A stretch of DNA of 64,000 nucleotides, taken from the IMG/VR virus record IMGVR_UViG_3300028844_005363, positions 1-64,000 of that record; one strand, written 5' to 3'. The DNA is from a virus. Under the pieces are notes generated by a model, which made no database searches, was not told where the DNA came from, and saw only the letters and a list, made by a program, of their open reading frames with translations. Made by a program: the position numbers and the translations under genes. Shown piece after piece: positions 19,357-28,574 of the stretch; position 1 is the stretch's first letter, and every line of letters begins with the position of its first letter.

Positions 19357-20790
19357 CTAGCGACTCTGTTGTTGAAATCTATCTGAAATACGTTTGATTG
19401 CATCAGTGTCCTCAGCTTTCAATGCAACACGTAATTGTCCTCGTAACTCATTCAACACTTTCTGGCTCAGTACATCACGCTCACCGTTGGCTTGTGTGCT
19501 TGTATTGATAAGAGCATTGTATAATGTGTCACGGTCTGTTTTACCAGTCTCAGGGTCTTTAGCACCCGTTGCTGCACGCTGTAATTGAGCTGCTGTAAGT
19601 TTAACAATATTGGCTGGGTCATCAGTATTAGGATCATAATCTTTAATACCGATAATCTTGTCACCGCTAGGGTTATACTCATATGCTTTATTGCCCTGGC
19701 TAATACCTTCAAATAAATCTTTAGTAGCACTTTTTGTAAGGTCAGGTGAACCAAAAGCACCAGAGTCATACAGGTTAGTTACACCCGAACCAATTAAACC
19801 TAATGGACTAAAGCCTGTAGCTGCTCTACGTAGAAAACTTTCTTCAGGAGCAGCAGTGACAATTTCATCAATTGCAGCGCTATCTTCAGTTAGTTTCTGT
19901 TCAGCAGACTTCGGAGCATTAAGCTTAGTACGACTTTCTTCAAAAGCAATCTGCTCATTAGCGTTATCATACAAAGCTTGGATACCCGCTTTACGTCTAT
20001 CCTCTGCTTTCGTTTCTTTTTCGGTTTTCTTATTACCTGCATCAACGCCAGTAATAAAATCACTATTAGCTTTATTGACTAAAGATACTGGTAAATTCAG
20101 TTGACCCAAAGCATCTGCTAAAACACTACGTCCTGTAGCAGTATCACTAGAATTTGCAGCTTGTACTGCACTACCTACTAAGTTATCAACAAGGCGTGAT
20201 TGTTCCTCTTCTCCTCTTTTAATATCACGTTGACCTATATTGTACTCATTAGTCGCATCACCACGTTGTTGCTCAATTATACTGTTACGTAGTTGACCTG
20301 AATTAGATAGCGTAGGGTTATCCTCTAATAGCTTTTCTAAACCAGTATAGTCACGACCAGCAAGCAATGACTGAGCAGCTATATTAATTGGCTTCTCTGC
20401 TTGAGTTGCTACTTGATCATTAAAGGCATTCTCTGATGTTTGGTCGGTACGTAATACATTATCACGACCTTGAAACTGAGTGAGTGCCTTACCAATATTT
20501 TGTTGGTTCAAACCAGCAGCGGCTAATTGCTCTGCTGAGAAATTACCTCCGGCATTAAGTTTGTTGTATTGCTCAAGTGACCCGATACCTTGAATCTGGT
20601 TCAACACTCCTTGCGTTAAGTTATCTTGTTCTGTCGCTGCCGCAGCTTCACGACCACGTACGGTATTAGCAGCTAGTGCTTGTAATCCGTTGATGCTGTT
20701 TTGTACCCCAGCTATCGAAGCTGCGCGTAGGTTGTTAGAGTCGCTGAAATTAGGTCCACCTACTGAGCGCCATGTAATAGGCTGCGCCAT
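19357..20790 (-). CDS. Internal virion/ejection protein, N4 gp51-like
   Basis: Likely start MAQPITWRSV; Ala/Gln-rich, Cys-free; synteny. Confidence 0.75.
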   Translation of the reverse strand: MAQPITWRSVGGPNFSDSNNLRAASIAGVQNSINGLQALAANTVRGREAAAATEQDNLTQGVLNQIQGIGSLEQYNKLNAGGNFSAEQLAAAGLNQQNIGKALTQFQGRDNVLRTDQTSENAFNDQVATQAEKPINIAAQSLLAGRDYTGLEKLLEDNPTLSNSGQLRNSIIEQQRGDATNEYNIGQRDIKRGEEEQSRLVDNLVGSAVQAANSSDTATGRSVLADALGQLNLPVSLVNKANSDFITGVDAGNKKTEKETKAEDRRKAGIQALYDNANEQIAFEESRTKLNAPKSAEQKLTEDSAAIDEIVTAAPEESFLRRAATGFSPLGLIGSGVTNLYDSGAFGSPDLTKSATKDLFEGISQGNKAYEYNPSGDKIIGIKDYDPNTDDPANIVKLTAAQLQRAATGAKDPETGKTDRDTLYNALINTSTQANGERDVLSQKVLNELRGQLRVALKAEDTDAIKRISDRFQQQSR

Positions 20791-20791
20791 A

Positions 20792-21355
20792 TTAACCCCC
20801 TGCCTTAGTATTAGCGCCATACTTCTGTATGTAATCACTAACAGCACTATCAATAACTGATTGGTCTGTCTCACCAGCACTACGCAAACGTGTTGCTTGT
20901 CGAGTAGCTAAACGCTCATTCGTTAAGTTAGCACTATTTTCCAAATTAGTATTGGATAAGTCTTTCTGGTAATTGAACTGATCCTTTGCTAACCCCAAAC
21001 CTTTAATACCAGTGTAAGCACTTAGAAGACCATTAAGTGCACTTAAGCCAGTAGCCGCAGTGTTGAGGTTTCCATTACTAAAGAATGAACTATCCGCACC
21101 TTGTGTTAGACCACCAGTAGAAATTTGCCCACCTAAACCATTTTGTAACTGACCAGCTTGGTTTATACCTGTCTGGTCTGCTAGTAAGTTTGAAAAATCC
21201 ATCTCACCTAAAGAAGTAAAATTACCAAAACCACTAGTATCTGTAGGTACACCTGTACCTCCAAAAACAGTAGTAGCATTCCCTAATGGGCTTGTTGACT
21301 GTTTTTTTAGTAAGTCACTGAACCCATCGATATTGCCTGTGTAGCCGTTAGCCAT
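20792..21355 (-). CDS. Internal virion protein, N4 gp52-like
   Basis: Gly-rich; hydrophobic helix then GLAKDQFNYQK; synteny. Confidence 0.7.
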   Translation of the reverse strand: MANGYTGNIDGFSDLLKKQSTSPLGNATTVFGGTGVPTDTSGFGNFTSLGEMDFSNLLADQTGINQAGQLQNGLGGQISTGGLTQGADSSFFSNGNLNTAATGLSALNGLLSAYTGIKGLGLAKDQFNYQKDLSNTNLENSANLTNERLATRQATRLRSAGETDQSVIDSAVSDYIQKYGANTKAGG

Positions 21356-21391
21356 CGTATTAACCCTTAAAATTAATTGAACCACCTCACT

Positions 21392-21397
21392 AGTATA
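21392..21397 (-). promoter_or_regulatory. Putative late -10 box (TATACT) inside an inverted repeat
   Basis: AACCACCT...TAGTATACTA...AGGTGGTT upstream of the gp52-like gene. Confidence 0.4.
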
Positions 21398-21426
21398 CTA
21401 AGGTGGTTGTGTTCTGCACAGAAGCT

Positions 21427-23622
21427 TTATAAACTTAAACCAGAAGTATTAACACTAGGTAATTCTAATTGCCCTTCGTAAAAATTCGTTAGTGCATCTA
21501 AAGCGTACACACCGGGATTAGGTGAACCTACTGTTCTACCGAAAAAATTATCAGGTGTTTCATTTGCTAAGAAACCAGTGTTACGTACTATCCAAGCTGG
21601 GTCTACCCCGACATCTAATAAGCCGTCACTCGCTTCTTCTAAAGCATCCATTGCTTCATTGTATTCTGTTAAAAACTCTGCGTATTCTTCTTCGAGGTCT
21701 TTAAACTCTTCCTCTGTAAACTCATTAATATTTTGAGCCACTAAGGTTACGATTTTAAGCATATCCTCTGCATTAGGTAAGTAAGCAAAAGTCTCACCAG
21801 TAAATCCGTAATAAGCTGAAACTGCTGCTGCTATTATAGCTAGTACAAGTGCTACTTCCCCACCAAATTGGTTAGCTAGGAATGTAGTTACTACACCCAC
21901 TGCTTCAGAAACAGCAGCACCTATAATAATGGCTTCAAGAATATAGGCAACTACTTCACTAATACCTTGTTGAACAGCAACACCTATTTGAGGTGACATA
22001 TATATAACAGACACAACAAAAACAATAACTTTAACTGCTGCCCAAAAGTCTTCTCGCTCATACCATTTAAGTTTTATCTGCTTAGATGATTGAGTAACTA
22101 GAACCATACTTGATAGCATTGCTGCTGTAGCTTTAGATTTTGACATACTACTAACTACTGTATGGTTCATAGGTATAACAATGCCTGATAAAACATCTTC
22201 ACTATCTAAAGGGAAAGCATTTCTAAGTGTATATATCGGTGTCTGAGTACTATCCAGATAATTAGTAACCAGCTTATTAGCTAAGTTACCTACTCGCATT
22301 CTTCTGCCTGTTCGTGCTACAGCATCATAGTAATCAACATAGATATAACTAACTTCCCCTGTTTGTTCTTCTATCTCCCAAGTATCGTTGTAGCCTTGGT
22401 CATAGTTAATATACTTACCGAACTTATAACCAGACTCGCCATTAATATAAGGTATTGTTTGGCTATCCATGTAGCCCCATGAAAGCTGTACTTTGAAACT
22501 AGAAGGTATCTGCTCATAGAACCATAAGTAAGAGGTGTCACCTCTGTATATGTTTCCAGACTCTTCCCATTCAAGTTTGGTTTTAGGACCATAGTTTTCA
22601 ATTATGTATTCCATAAACTTATACAAGTATTCTAAGAGTATTTCATCTAGCTCAAGTATATCGGAAATAACTAAAGCAGGTGCGATATACGCTCTGTTTA
22701 CTTCAGCAATATCAGGGTTAGACTCAAGATTTTCTTTTATAGTATCTAAGTCCATACCGTAATATTCTAGTAAACGTTCTGTCTGTTTAAGACGTTCAGC
22801 GTTTTCCTCAGCATCTTCAGTAGACTCTTCACCTATCCATTCTGGACTTGATTCAAGAGAACCTAATCTTATTAAAGCCAGTGGGTAGTACTGGCTTTGG
22901 ATACCACCTAATATAATTTCTGTTAGGTCAGGGTAAGTCCATTTCTGTGGGTCATAAGTAAAATAGAAATCTGAGGTAGCACCATAACTAAAACGTATAC
23001 GCACCACTTTATTTAGTGTGCTACCTGGGTCTCTGAAGTCACTCCAAGTCTTATAAATTTTGCCTGTTTCTAAAGTAGCTGCTTTATTATCTGGGTCAAA
23101 CATATCGTAAGTAACAACCAAATCATATTCAGGTGGTGCTTGTGGGTCATCATCTGGGTTACTTCTTTCGTACTCAACATCTGTTACTTCTGCCGCATAA
23201 CCAGTAGGCATATTAAACATGTTAATATAATAGCCACTACGTTTATCTACTTTACCGTTAAAAACATTAGCTATATTAGCCAGTTCATATATTGCCGTAA
23301 TAACTTTATCATACTCATTAGTTACGTAAGTAATATCAGAAGACGAAGTACTTAGTTCACCAGCTAGCCAAGATTTTACTGCATCCCAATCTATAAGCTC
23401 ATCTTCATTATTTGCTTGCCATATGCCACGGTAGTAGTCATTCAATCCATAGCTATATGCTTTACGGAAATCTACGTTGTAACCACTGACAAGCCCGTCA
23501 AGAATAGTAGGTACTTTTTCCCAATCATTTATGACAGCACGCAAAATAGATGACCTAATTATATTAGGACGTTCTGTGAATATTGGTGTAGCTGATGCAC
23601 CTACTACCGTATAAGTTGCCAT
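21427..23622 (-). CDS. Structural protein, N4 gp53-like
   Basis: KLKWYE followed by several TM-like helices; ETPDNFFGRT near C-terminus; synteny. Confidence 0.75.
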   Translation of the reverse strand: MATYTVVGASATPIFTERPNIIRSSILRAVINDWEKVPTILDGLVSGYNVDFRKAYSYGLNDYYRGIWQANNEDELIDWDAVKSWLAGELSTSSSDITYVTNEYDKVITAIYELANIANVFNGKVDKRSGYYINMFNMPTGYAAEVTDVEYERSNPDDDPQAPPEYDLVVTYDMFDPDNKAATLETGKIYKTWSDFRDPGSTLNKVVRIRFSYGATSDFYFTYDPQKWTYPDLTEIILGGIQSQYYPLALIRLGSLESSPEWIGEESTEDAEENAERLKQTERLLEYYGMDLDTIKENLESNPDIAEVNRAYIAPALVISDILELDEILLEYLYKFMEYIIENYGPKTKLEWEESGNIYRGDTSYLWFYEQIPSSFKVQLSWGYMDSQTIPYINGESGYKFGKYINYDQGYNDTWEIEEQTGEVSYIYVDYYDAVARTGRRMRVGNLANKLVTNYLDSTQTPIYTLRNAFPLDSEDVLSGIVIPMNHTVVSSMSKSKATAAMLSSMVLVTQSSKQIKLKWYEREDFWAAVKVIVFVVSVIYMSPQIGVAVQQGISEVVAYILEAIIIGAAVSEAVGVVTTFLANQFGGEVALVLAIIAAAVSAYYGFTGETFAYLPNAEDMLKIVTLVAQNINEFTEEEFKDLEEEYAEFLTEYNEAMDALEEASDGLLDVGVDPAWIVRNTGFLANETPDNFFGRTVGSPNPGVYALDALTNFYEGQLELPSVNTSGLSL

Positions 23623-23644
23623 ATTTAAAAACCTTAATTAAAAG

Positions 23645-23668
23645 AAAAGGACTCAAATGAGTCCTTTA
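23645..23668 (-). terminator. Terminator
   Basis: AAAGGACTCA-aa-TGAGTCCTTT inverted repeat with a T tail on the - strand. Confidence 0.7.
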
Positions 23669-23695
23669 TAATTTACACCAAAATGCTTCTGAATG

Positions 23696-24916
23696 TTACC
23701 TGCCTAAATCACTTAGCATTGTTTGTAACACTGAAATCATATTGTTAGGGTCAGACACTGCATCAGGGTCATTTGACTTAGCTATAGCGTACACATCGTT
23801 AGCTGCTTTAACTCGCTTAACTTGTGCATCCCATTCAAAGCCTTCTGTCTGACGAGCATACAGAGCTTTCTGTTTACCGATAACACCAGCAACAGTTACA
23901 CCGCTTGCTGTATCTTTGATTTGTGCTTCTTCGGTTGCTTTCTTCTGGTCGAGTAATGATTTCTCAGAATCGATTTTACTCTTCTGTGAAGTAAGCACAG
24001 TGTTCTGTGTAACTGCGTTGGTTTTGTTCTGACCTATTAATGCTGTTTCCGCATCTATTTTAAGTTCTTCTGAAACCAAGTTTGTTTTCTGTTGTGTTGA
24101 TAAAGTAGTGTCAGCAACAATCTTAGCAGCTTGGTTTGTAAGTACAGTACCTTGTTTTGGTATGTTCAAAGCTTCTGCTTGTAGATTGGTTCTTTGTTGC
24201 GTAAACATAGCCTTTTGTTCAGTAATGAGTGTTTGGTTTATTTCTTCACTCGTTACTTTCTCATCAGTCAAGTTACGTTCAGAAGCCAAGTTAAGTACTT
24301 GCTGTCCTTTAAGCTCTATACCTGCCGATACATCAAGCACCTGCTTATCAAGTAATAAACCTTGTTTAGGAATATTCAAACCATCAGCAATTAAGTTAGA
24401 TTTCTGTGCTACAGATACTGCAATATCAGCAGTAAGTTTTTCTGCTTGCTTATCTAACAACAAACCTTGTTTAGGTATGTTAAGTGTATCTGCTAATACT
24501 TGAGTATTTTGGCTTTCTTTAAGAACTGTACCAGCTTCAATATCTAATTGCTGTACGCCCTGTGTAACGACCTGTGCGTCAACTAATTTCTTATTACTAC
24601 CTTCGGTAGCTGTCTTCGCTACAACAAGCTTAGTGCTCTCTACAGTGCCTAAACCTTCTAGTACTGCATTAGCTTCTTGTTGCTTAATTAGGTTAGCTTG
24701 TGCGCTTTGTAATTCACGCTGCAGCTCAAACTGAATAGATTGAGCCATGGCAGATTGCACAATACCTAAATAGACAGTGGAATAATCTTCACCATCTATA
24801 CGACCGCTAGTGTACTCATTCTTTAAATGAGCAGCAGCTACACGCATCAACTTATCAAAACTACCGTTACCTGTTAAGGAACCTTCGGTGACTGTATCTA
24901 TTGTTATATCTACCAT
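23696..24916 (-). CDS. Coiled-coil structural protein, N4 gp54-like
   Basis: GNGSFDKLM..HLKNEY..GRI at N-terminus; GVIGKQKALY..Q..GF at C-terminus; heptad repeats. Confidence 0.8.
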   Translation of the reverse strand: MVDITIDTVTEGSLTGNGSFDKLMRVAAAHLKNEYTSGRIDGEDYSTVYLGIVQSAMAQSIQFELQRELQSAQANLIKQQEANAVLEGLGTVESTKLVVAKTATEGSNKKLVDAQVVTQGVQQLDIEAGTVLKESQNTQVLADTLNIPKQGLLLDKQAEKLTADIAVSVAQKSNLIADGLNIPKQGLLLDKQVLDVSAGIELKGQQVLNLASERNLTDEKVTSEEINQTLITEQKAMFTQQRTNLQAEALNIPKQGTVLTNQAAKIVADTTLSTQQKTNLVSEELKIDAETALIGQNKTNAVTQNTVLTSQKSKIDSEKSLLDQKKATEEAQIKDTASGVTVAGVIGKQKALYARQTEGFEWDAQVKRVKAANDVYAIAKSNDPDAVSDPNNMISVLQTMLSDLGR

Positions 24917-24929
24917 GACTATTTACCTA

Positions 24930-25511
24930 TTAATCGTTTGATGCGCCATCACGTAAAGCTTGTGCTTTAGCTAATTTTTCAAGTTCTTTAGGTGTAAGAG
25001 CTGGTAAGTAATCAATACCAAATTCTTGAACCAACTTAGCTTTACGCACTTTTTTACCATTAACAGTAGTTGTATAAAATTGCTGGTATTTACGCTCTTC
25101 AATCATGTTAAGTAGAATTTTTTCTACATGCCATGGTTCATTAAATTGGATGAAACGTGAGTGTGTACCTACCACTGAATTAGACGCTTTAAAGAACTCA
25201 CCTTCATGTTCATTCTTTTTAGGGTTAAGACACGTAATACGTACGCGATATAGTTTAGAAGCTGCTTTACGTAAGCGAGCATTGCGCTGGTGCTTAGTTT
25301 CAACAACATGCACATTTTTATCTGTACTAGTAACTTCGCTGTCTTCATCATCAGCAACAGGATTCATGGCTTTACTTACGCGGTCACGTAAAGTAGTAAG
25401 ACCAATGTTAGGACTGAATGGTAAACCTAGTGACGTAGCACGTCGCTTTAGTAGTACCATTTCTTCTTGTTCTAATTCTTCAGGTGTTTTCTCTTTTTCA
25501 AGTAATGTCAT
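24930..25511 (-). CDS. N4 gp55-like protein
   Basis: LKRRATSLG..FSPNIG, RVRITCLNPKK, LPALTPKELEKLA. Confidence 0.8.
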   Translation of the reverse strand: MTLLEKEKTPEELEQEEMVLLKRRATSLGLPFSPNIGLTTLRDRVSKAMNPVADDEDSEVTSTDKNVHVVETKHQRNARLRKAASKLYRVRITCLNPKKNEHEGEFFKASNSVVGTHSRFIQFNEPWHVEKILLNMIEERKYQQFYTTTVNGKKVRKAKLVQEFGIDYLPALTPKELEKLAKAQALRDGASND

Positions 25512-25560
25512 TGCCTAGCTCTCTTTTTTGGATTGGGGTGATACCCAGAAGTTTACACCT

Positions 25561-25583
25561 AAAAAGCCCCAATTAAGGGGCTT
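25561..25583 (-). terminator. Terminator after major capsid gene
   Basis: AAGCCCC-ttaatt-GGGGCTT followed by TTT on the - strand. Confidence 0.8.
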
Positions 25584-25604
25584 AGTAGAGGTTACGTTAC
25601 TGGA

Positions 25605-27035
25605 TTACCAGCTAGCAACACATTTCAGTAATGCGATACGTTCAGGACGTAAAATCATCATACCGTAGTACCACTTGATTGACATAAAGCCAAGCTCGCC
25701 GTACGGGTCATGTGCACCGTAAGATGCTTCTGATTCAGGAGCAACATGCTTGATTTTAAACTTAACTGTTTTACCAGCAGTTTGGAAACCAATAGTTACG
25801 AAAGATTCAGAACCTACAACAAGTGCAGGGAATACATCGTAGTTACCACCAGTTTCACGGAAACCAGCATTATCAGTAACAGGTGCACCTTCGCCAGCCC
25901 AATGAGCCATCTCAGGAACAACGATGATACGGAACTCATCAACAGAACCGATTTCACCTTCTGCAATTGAACCAGCACCAGCAGCATATTTTTCTACTGA
26001 GATGAAAGCTTGGTTGCCGAATGTATCAGCCATACGCTTAAACATTGGTTTAAGTTCTGAACCGATGTATAGGTAACGAGCGCCATTAATAACGCGAGTA
26101 TCAACCATACGAGTACCAGTAATAAGCTTAGTATTCTTAGGACAACGGTTGTTGTCTAAGTCGATACCAAGACGCATAAGGTCTTCATAAGTGATCTCAG
26201 AAGCTAAACCACCAACTTCACCAGTTACTTCGTTAGTTGCCATTGCTTCACCACCGAAACGCACAACGCCAGCACCATTGATCAAATCAATTTGGATAGC
26301 ATCTTCGGTAATTTCTAAAGCACCGTTAAGCATTTCACGGTTAATGTGCATTTGCTTTTCAGAATCAGAATCGAAATCCATAGACTCTTTAGTGTATTCG
26401 TCAAAGAAACCCATTTTTTCAATAGAGCCTTTGATTTGCACACGCTTGAAGCCAACGCGGTTAACACGACCACCGTTTTCAGATAACAATGGCATCTTAG
26501 AAACCATCTTACCCATATCTTTACTTGAACCATAAAGATTACCAGATGCAGCAACTGCGCCTAGTGTATCAACAATAGTCCAACCAGCAGTTACAGCAGC
26601 AGCTTTAGACGTATTGTAGTCGGTGTCAAAAATACCGTACTCTTTGAAGTAATCAAGCGCACGTGTTTTAGCAGCAGCCAATGCATTAGCAGCAGAGCTA
26701 CCTTCACCTACAGCATACAAAGTAACGTAACCATTACCAGTAGAAGTATTTTCAGGTGGTAGTAATTCAATAGTAACTTCTTGAGTTACTGTCGCGCCAT
26801 TTGCATCAATACCCTGGTCATTGATATTCGCGTCATCAAGTAAAGGTAAGTAAACGTAACGCTTAATTTCTTTACCCATGTGCTTAGGCATACCAAAAGT
26901 ATCTGATAGCTGTGTGAACACTTGCTTTTTACGAGTTTCTGTTAACGCTTTACGTTGGTACAGAAACGTATTCATTTGTTCGCCGCCGATCGTAGAGTCT
27001 ACGCCACCCGCCGGATTATTATATTGCATAGTCAT
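25605..27035 (-). CDS. Major capsid protein, N4 gp56-like
   Basis: YLPLLDDANINDQGIDA, GNLYGSSKD, ENGGRVNRVGF, DPYGELGFMSIKWYYG. Confidence 0.95.
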   Translation of the reverse strand: MTMQYNNPAGGVDSTIGGEQMNTFLYQRKALTETRKKQVFTQLSDTFGMPKHMGKEIKRYVYLPLLDDANINDQGIDANGATVTQEVTIELLPPENTSTGNGYVTLYAVGEGSSAANALAAAKTRALDYFKEYGIFDTDYNTSKAAAVTAGWTIVDTLGAVAASGNLYGSSKDMGKMVSKMPLLSENGGRVNRVGFKRVQIKGSIEKMGFFDEYTKESMDFDSDSEKQMHINREMLNGALEITEDAIQIDLINGAGVVRFGGEAMATNEVTGEVGGLASEITYEDLMRLGIDLDNNRCPKNTKLITGTRMVDTRVINGARYLYIGSELKPMFKRMADTFGNQAFISVEKYAAGAGSIAEGEIGSVDEFRIIVVPEMAHWAGEGAPVTDNAGFRETGGNYDVFPALVVGSESFVTIGFQTAGKTVKFKIKHVAPESEASYGAHDPYGELGFMSIKWYYGMMILRPERIALLKCVASW

Positions 27036-27055
27036 AAGAGTACTTCCTAATTAAG

Positions 27056-28126
27056 TTATCTAAACTTTTTATCAAATTGTTTATCAAATTCTTCATCAGA
27101 CAAGTTGCTTAAAGCATCTAGTTCTAAGAGGTCATTTGATGTGTGTGTAGTGGTTCTCTTTTTAGGGATAGCTACACGTTTTTTATTTACAGGCTTAGAC
27201 TTAGATTGAGTACTCTCAGATTTAGGAGCGGCTTGCTGTTGACCAGCATTGGCACGTTCTAATAATTCTGCACCGACTTTCTTGTATGCCTCAAAATCAC
27301 TTAAACCAACTAAACCATTAAAGGTACGTTGGCGGTCTACTTCACCAGAGATTAAATCAAATACGCCGTTACCCATTTGCTCATTCAAGTGAATGAGTTC
27401 TTGTGGGGCAGCTACAATTGATGCACTTGATGCTTTGTCCCATGATTTAGTTACTGTATCAATAGTTTTGGTGAATGAGTCAGTGCCTTCAATTTCACGG
27501 ATGACATCATCTAAAACCATCTCACTATCACTAGGTGCATAAGACTTTGGTTTGTATTCTGCGCTATCTTCAGTGTTTACGTCAAGTGGGTCTATACCAC
27601 TATCTGCAATCATTTTATTAATAGCTTGTGGATTTTTGTTGTGTAAGTCGATTAAGTAACTAAGCTTCTCTTCATCCATTAAGCCATGCTTCTCAAGCAT
27701 ATGACCTACACGGGTAAGAGGTTTAATAGCAGCCATCTTCTTACTGTAGTTAGCACCCATCTTCATTAGGGTACGAGCTTCTTCAATAGAAGTAACTGCC
27801 ATTTCACGCTTGTTAGCTTTGAATGGTTTATATAGCTCTGCTAGTGGATCTTCGGCTTCCGATTCTTCCGCAGGATTTTCTGCAGTTTCTTCTTCTTCTT
27901 CCGTAGCATCATCTTCTTCCGCATCATCAGTTTCATCGGTTTCTTCTTGTTCATCAAGTTCATCCGTTTCGACTTCATCCGATTCAGGTGCTAAAGCACC
28001 TTCCTCGTCTTCGTCTTCAACTGATTCCGCAGCTTCGCTTGAAACATCATAGTCTGGTAGTTCCATATTCATGAAATCTTCATCAGACATATTTTCAATA
28101 TCATCGAAACTTGGATCACTCATCAC
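27056..28126 (-). CDS. N4 gp57-like protein (often annotated tape measure; may be scaffold-like)
   Basis: MSDEDFMNM, acidic linker, PFKANK, LMKMGANYSKKM. Confidence 0.8.
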   Translation of the reverse strand: MMSDPSFDDIENMSDEDFMNMELPDYDVSSEAAESVEDEDEEGALAPESDEVETDELDEQEETDETDDAEEDDATEEEEETAENPAEESEAEDPLAELYKPFKANKREMAVTSIEEARTLMKMGANYSKKMAAIKPLTRVGHMLEKHGLMDEEKLSYLIDLHNKNPQAINKMIADSGIDPLDVNTEDSAEYKPKSYAPSDSEMVLDDVIREIEGTDSFTKTIDTVTKSWDKASSASIVAAPQELIHLNEQMGNGVFDLISGEVDRQRTFNGLVGLSDFEAYKKVGAELLERANAGQQQAAPKSESTQSKSKPVNKKRVAIPKKRTTTHTSNDLLELDALSNLSDEEFDKQFDKKFR

Positions 28127-28139
28127 ATAGCTCCTTTAA

Positions 28140-28469
28140 TTATTCTTCGTCTGAGTCAGCAGGACCATCAGAAACATCTTCATTGTGGTCTTCAATAGCT
28201 TTTTCAGCTAGGTTTGCTTCGTGTTCGATTACTTGTAAGTAACCTTTGAATGAGCTAATAGAATCAATGTCACGGATTACAGCAGCTTGAGCTTCAGGTG
28301 AATCCATAGAAGGAGTGCCTTTAGCCATAACAAGACGAACACATTCATCTTTAAAATAACCATCAAGAACCACTGCTTTGAAATCTGGGTTTTGTAGTAA
28401 GCGACCTAGTGCTTGTTTTTTGCTGATCAGTTTATTCGCGGCTTCTAACGTAAGATGTGCATTTGACAT
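28140..28469 (-). CDS. N4 gp58-like protein
   Basis: ALGRLLQNPDFKAVVLDGYFKDECVRLV. Confidence 0.75.
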   Translation of the reverse strand: MSNAHLTLEAANKLISKKQALGRLLQNPDFKAVVLDGYFKDECVRLVMAKGTPSMDSPEAQAAVIRDIDSISSFKGYLQVIEHEANLAEKAIEDHNEDVSDGPADSDEE

Positions 28470-28529
28470 TTGTATTACCTTTTTTTGTGTCCTCACCTCA
28501 TTGGCGAGATTGCTTATTAAACATGAAAG

Positions 28530-28555
28530 TAAGCCATAGATGTACTATGGCTTTA
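28530..28555 (-). terminator. Hairpin, probable terminator after portal
   Basis: AAGCCATAG-atgta-CTATGGCTT. Confidence 0.55.
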
Positions 28556-28574
28556 GGGTTTTCATATCAGGAAC

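Noticed and set aside
8282-20104. Many + strand ORFs antisense to vRNAP and gp51
   Set aside because: They are shadow frames of a long conserved gene, with Ser/Ala-rich composition and no motifs.
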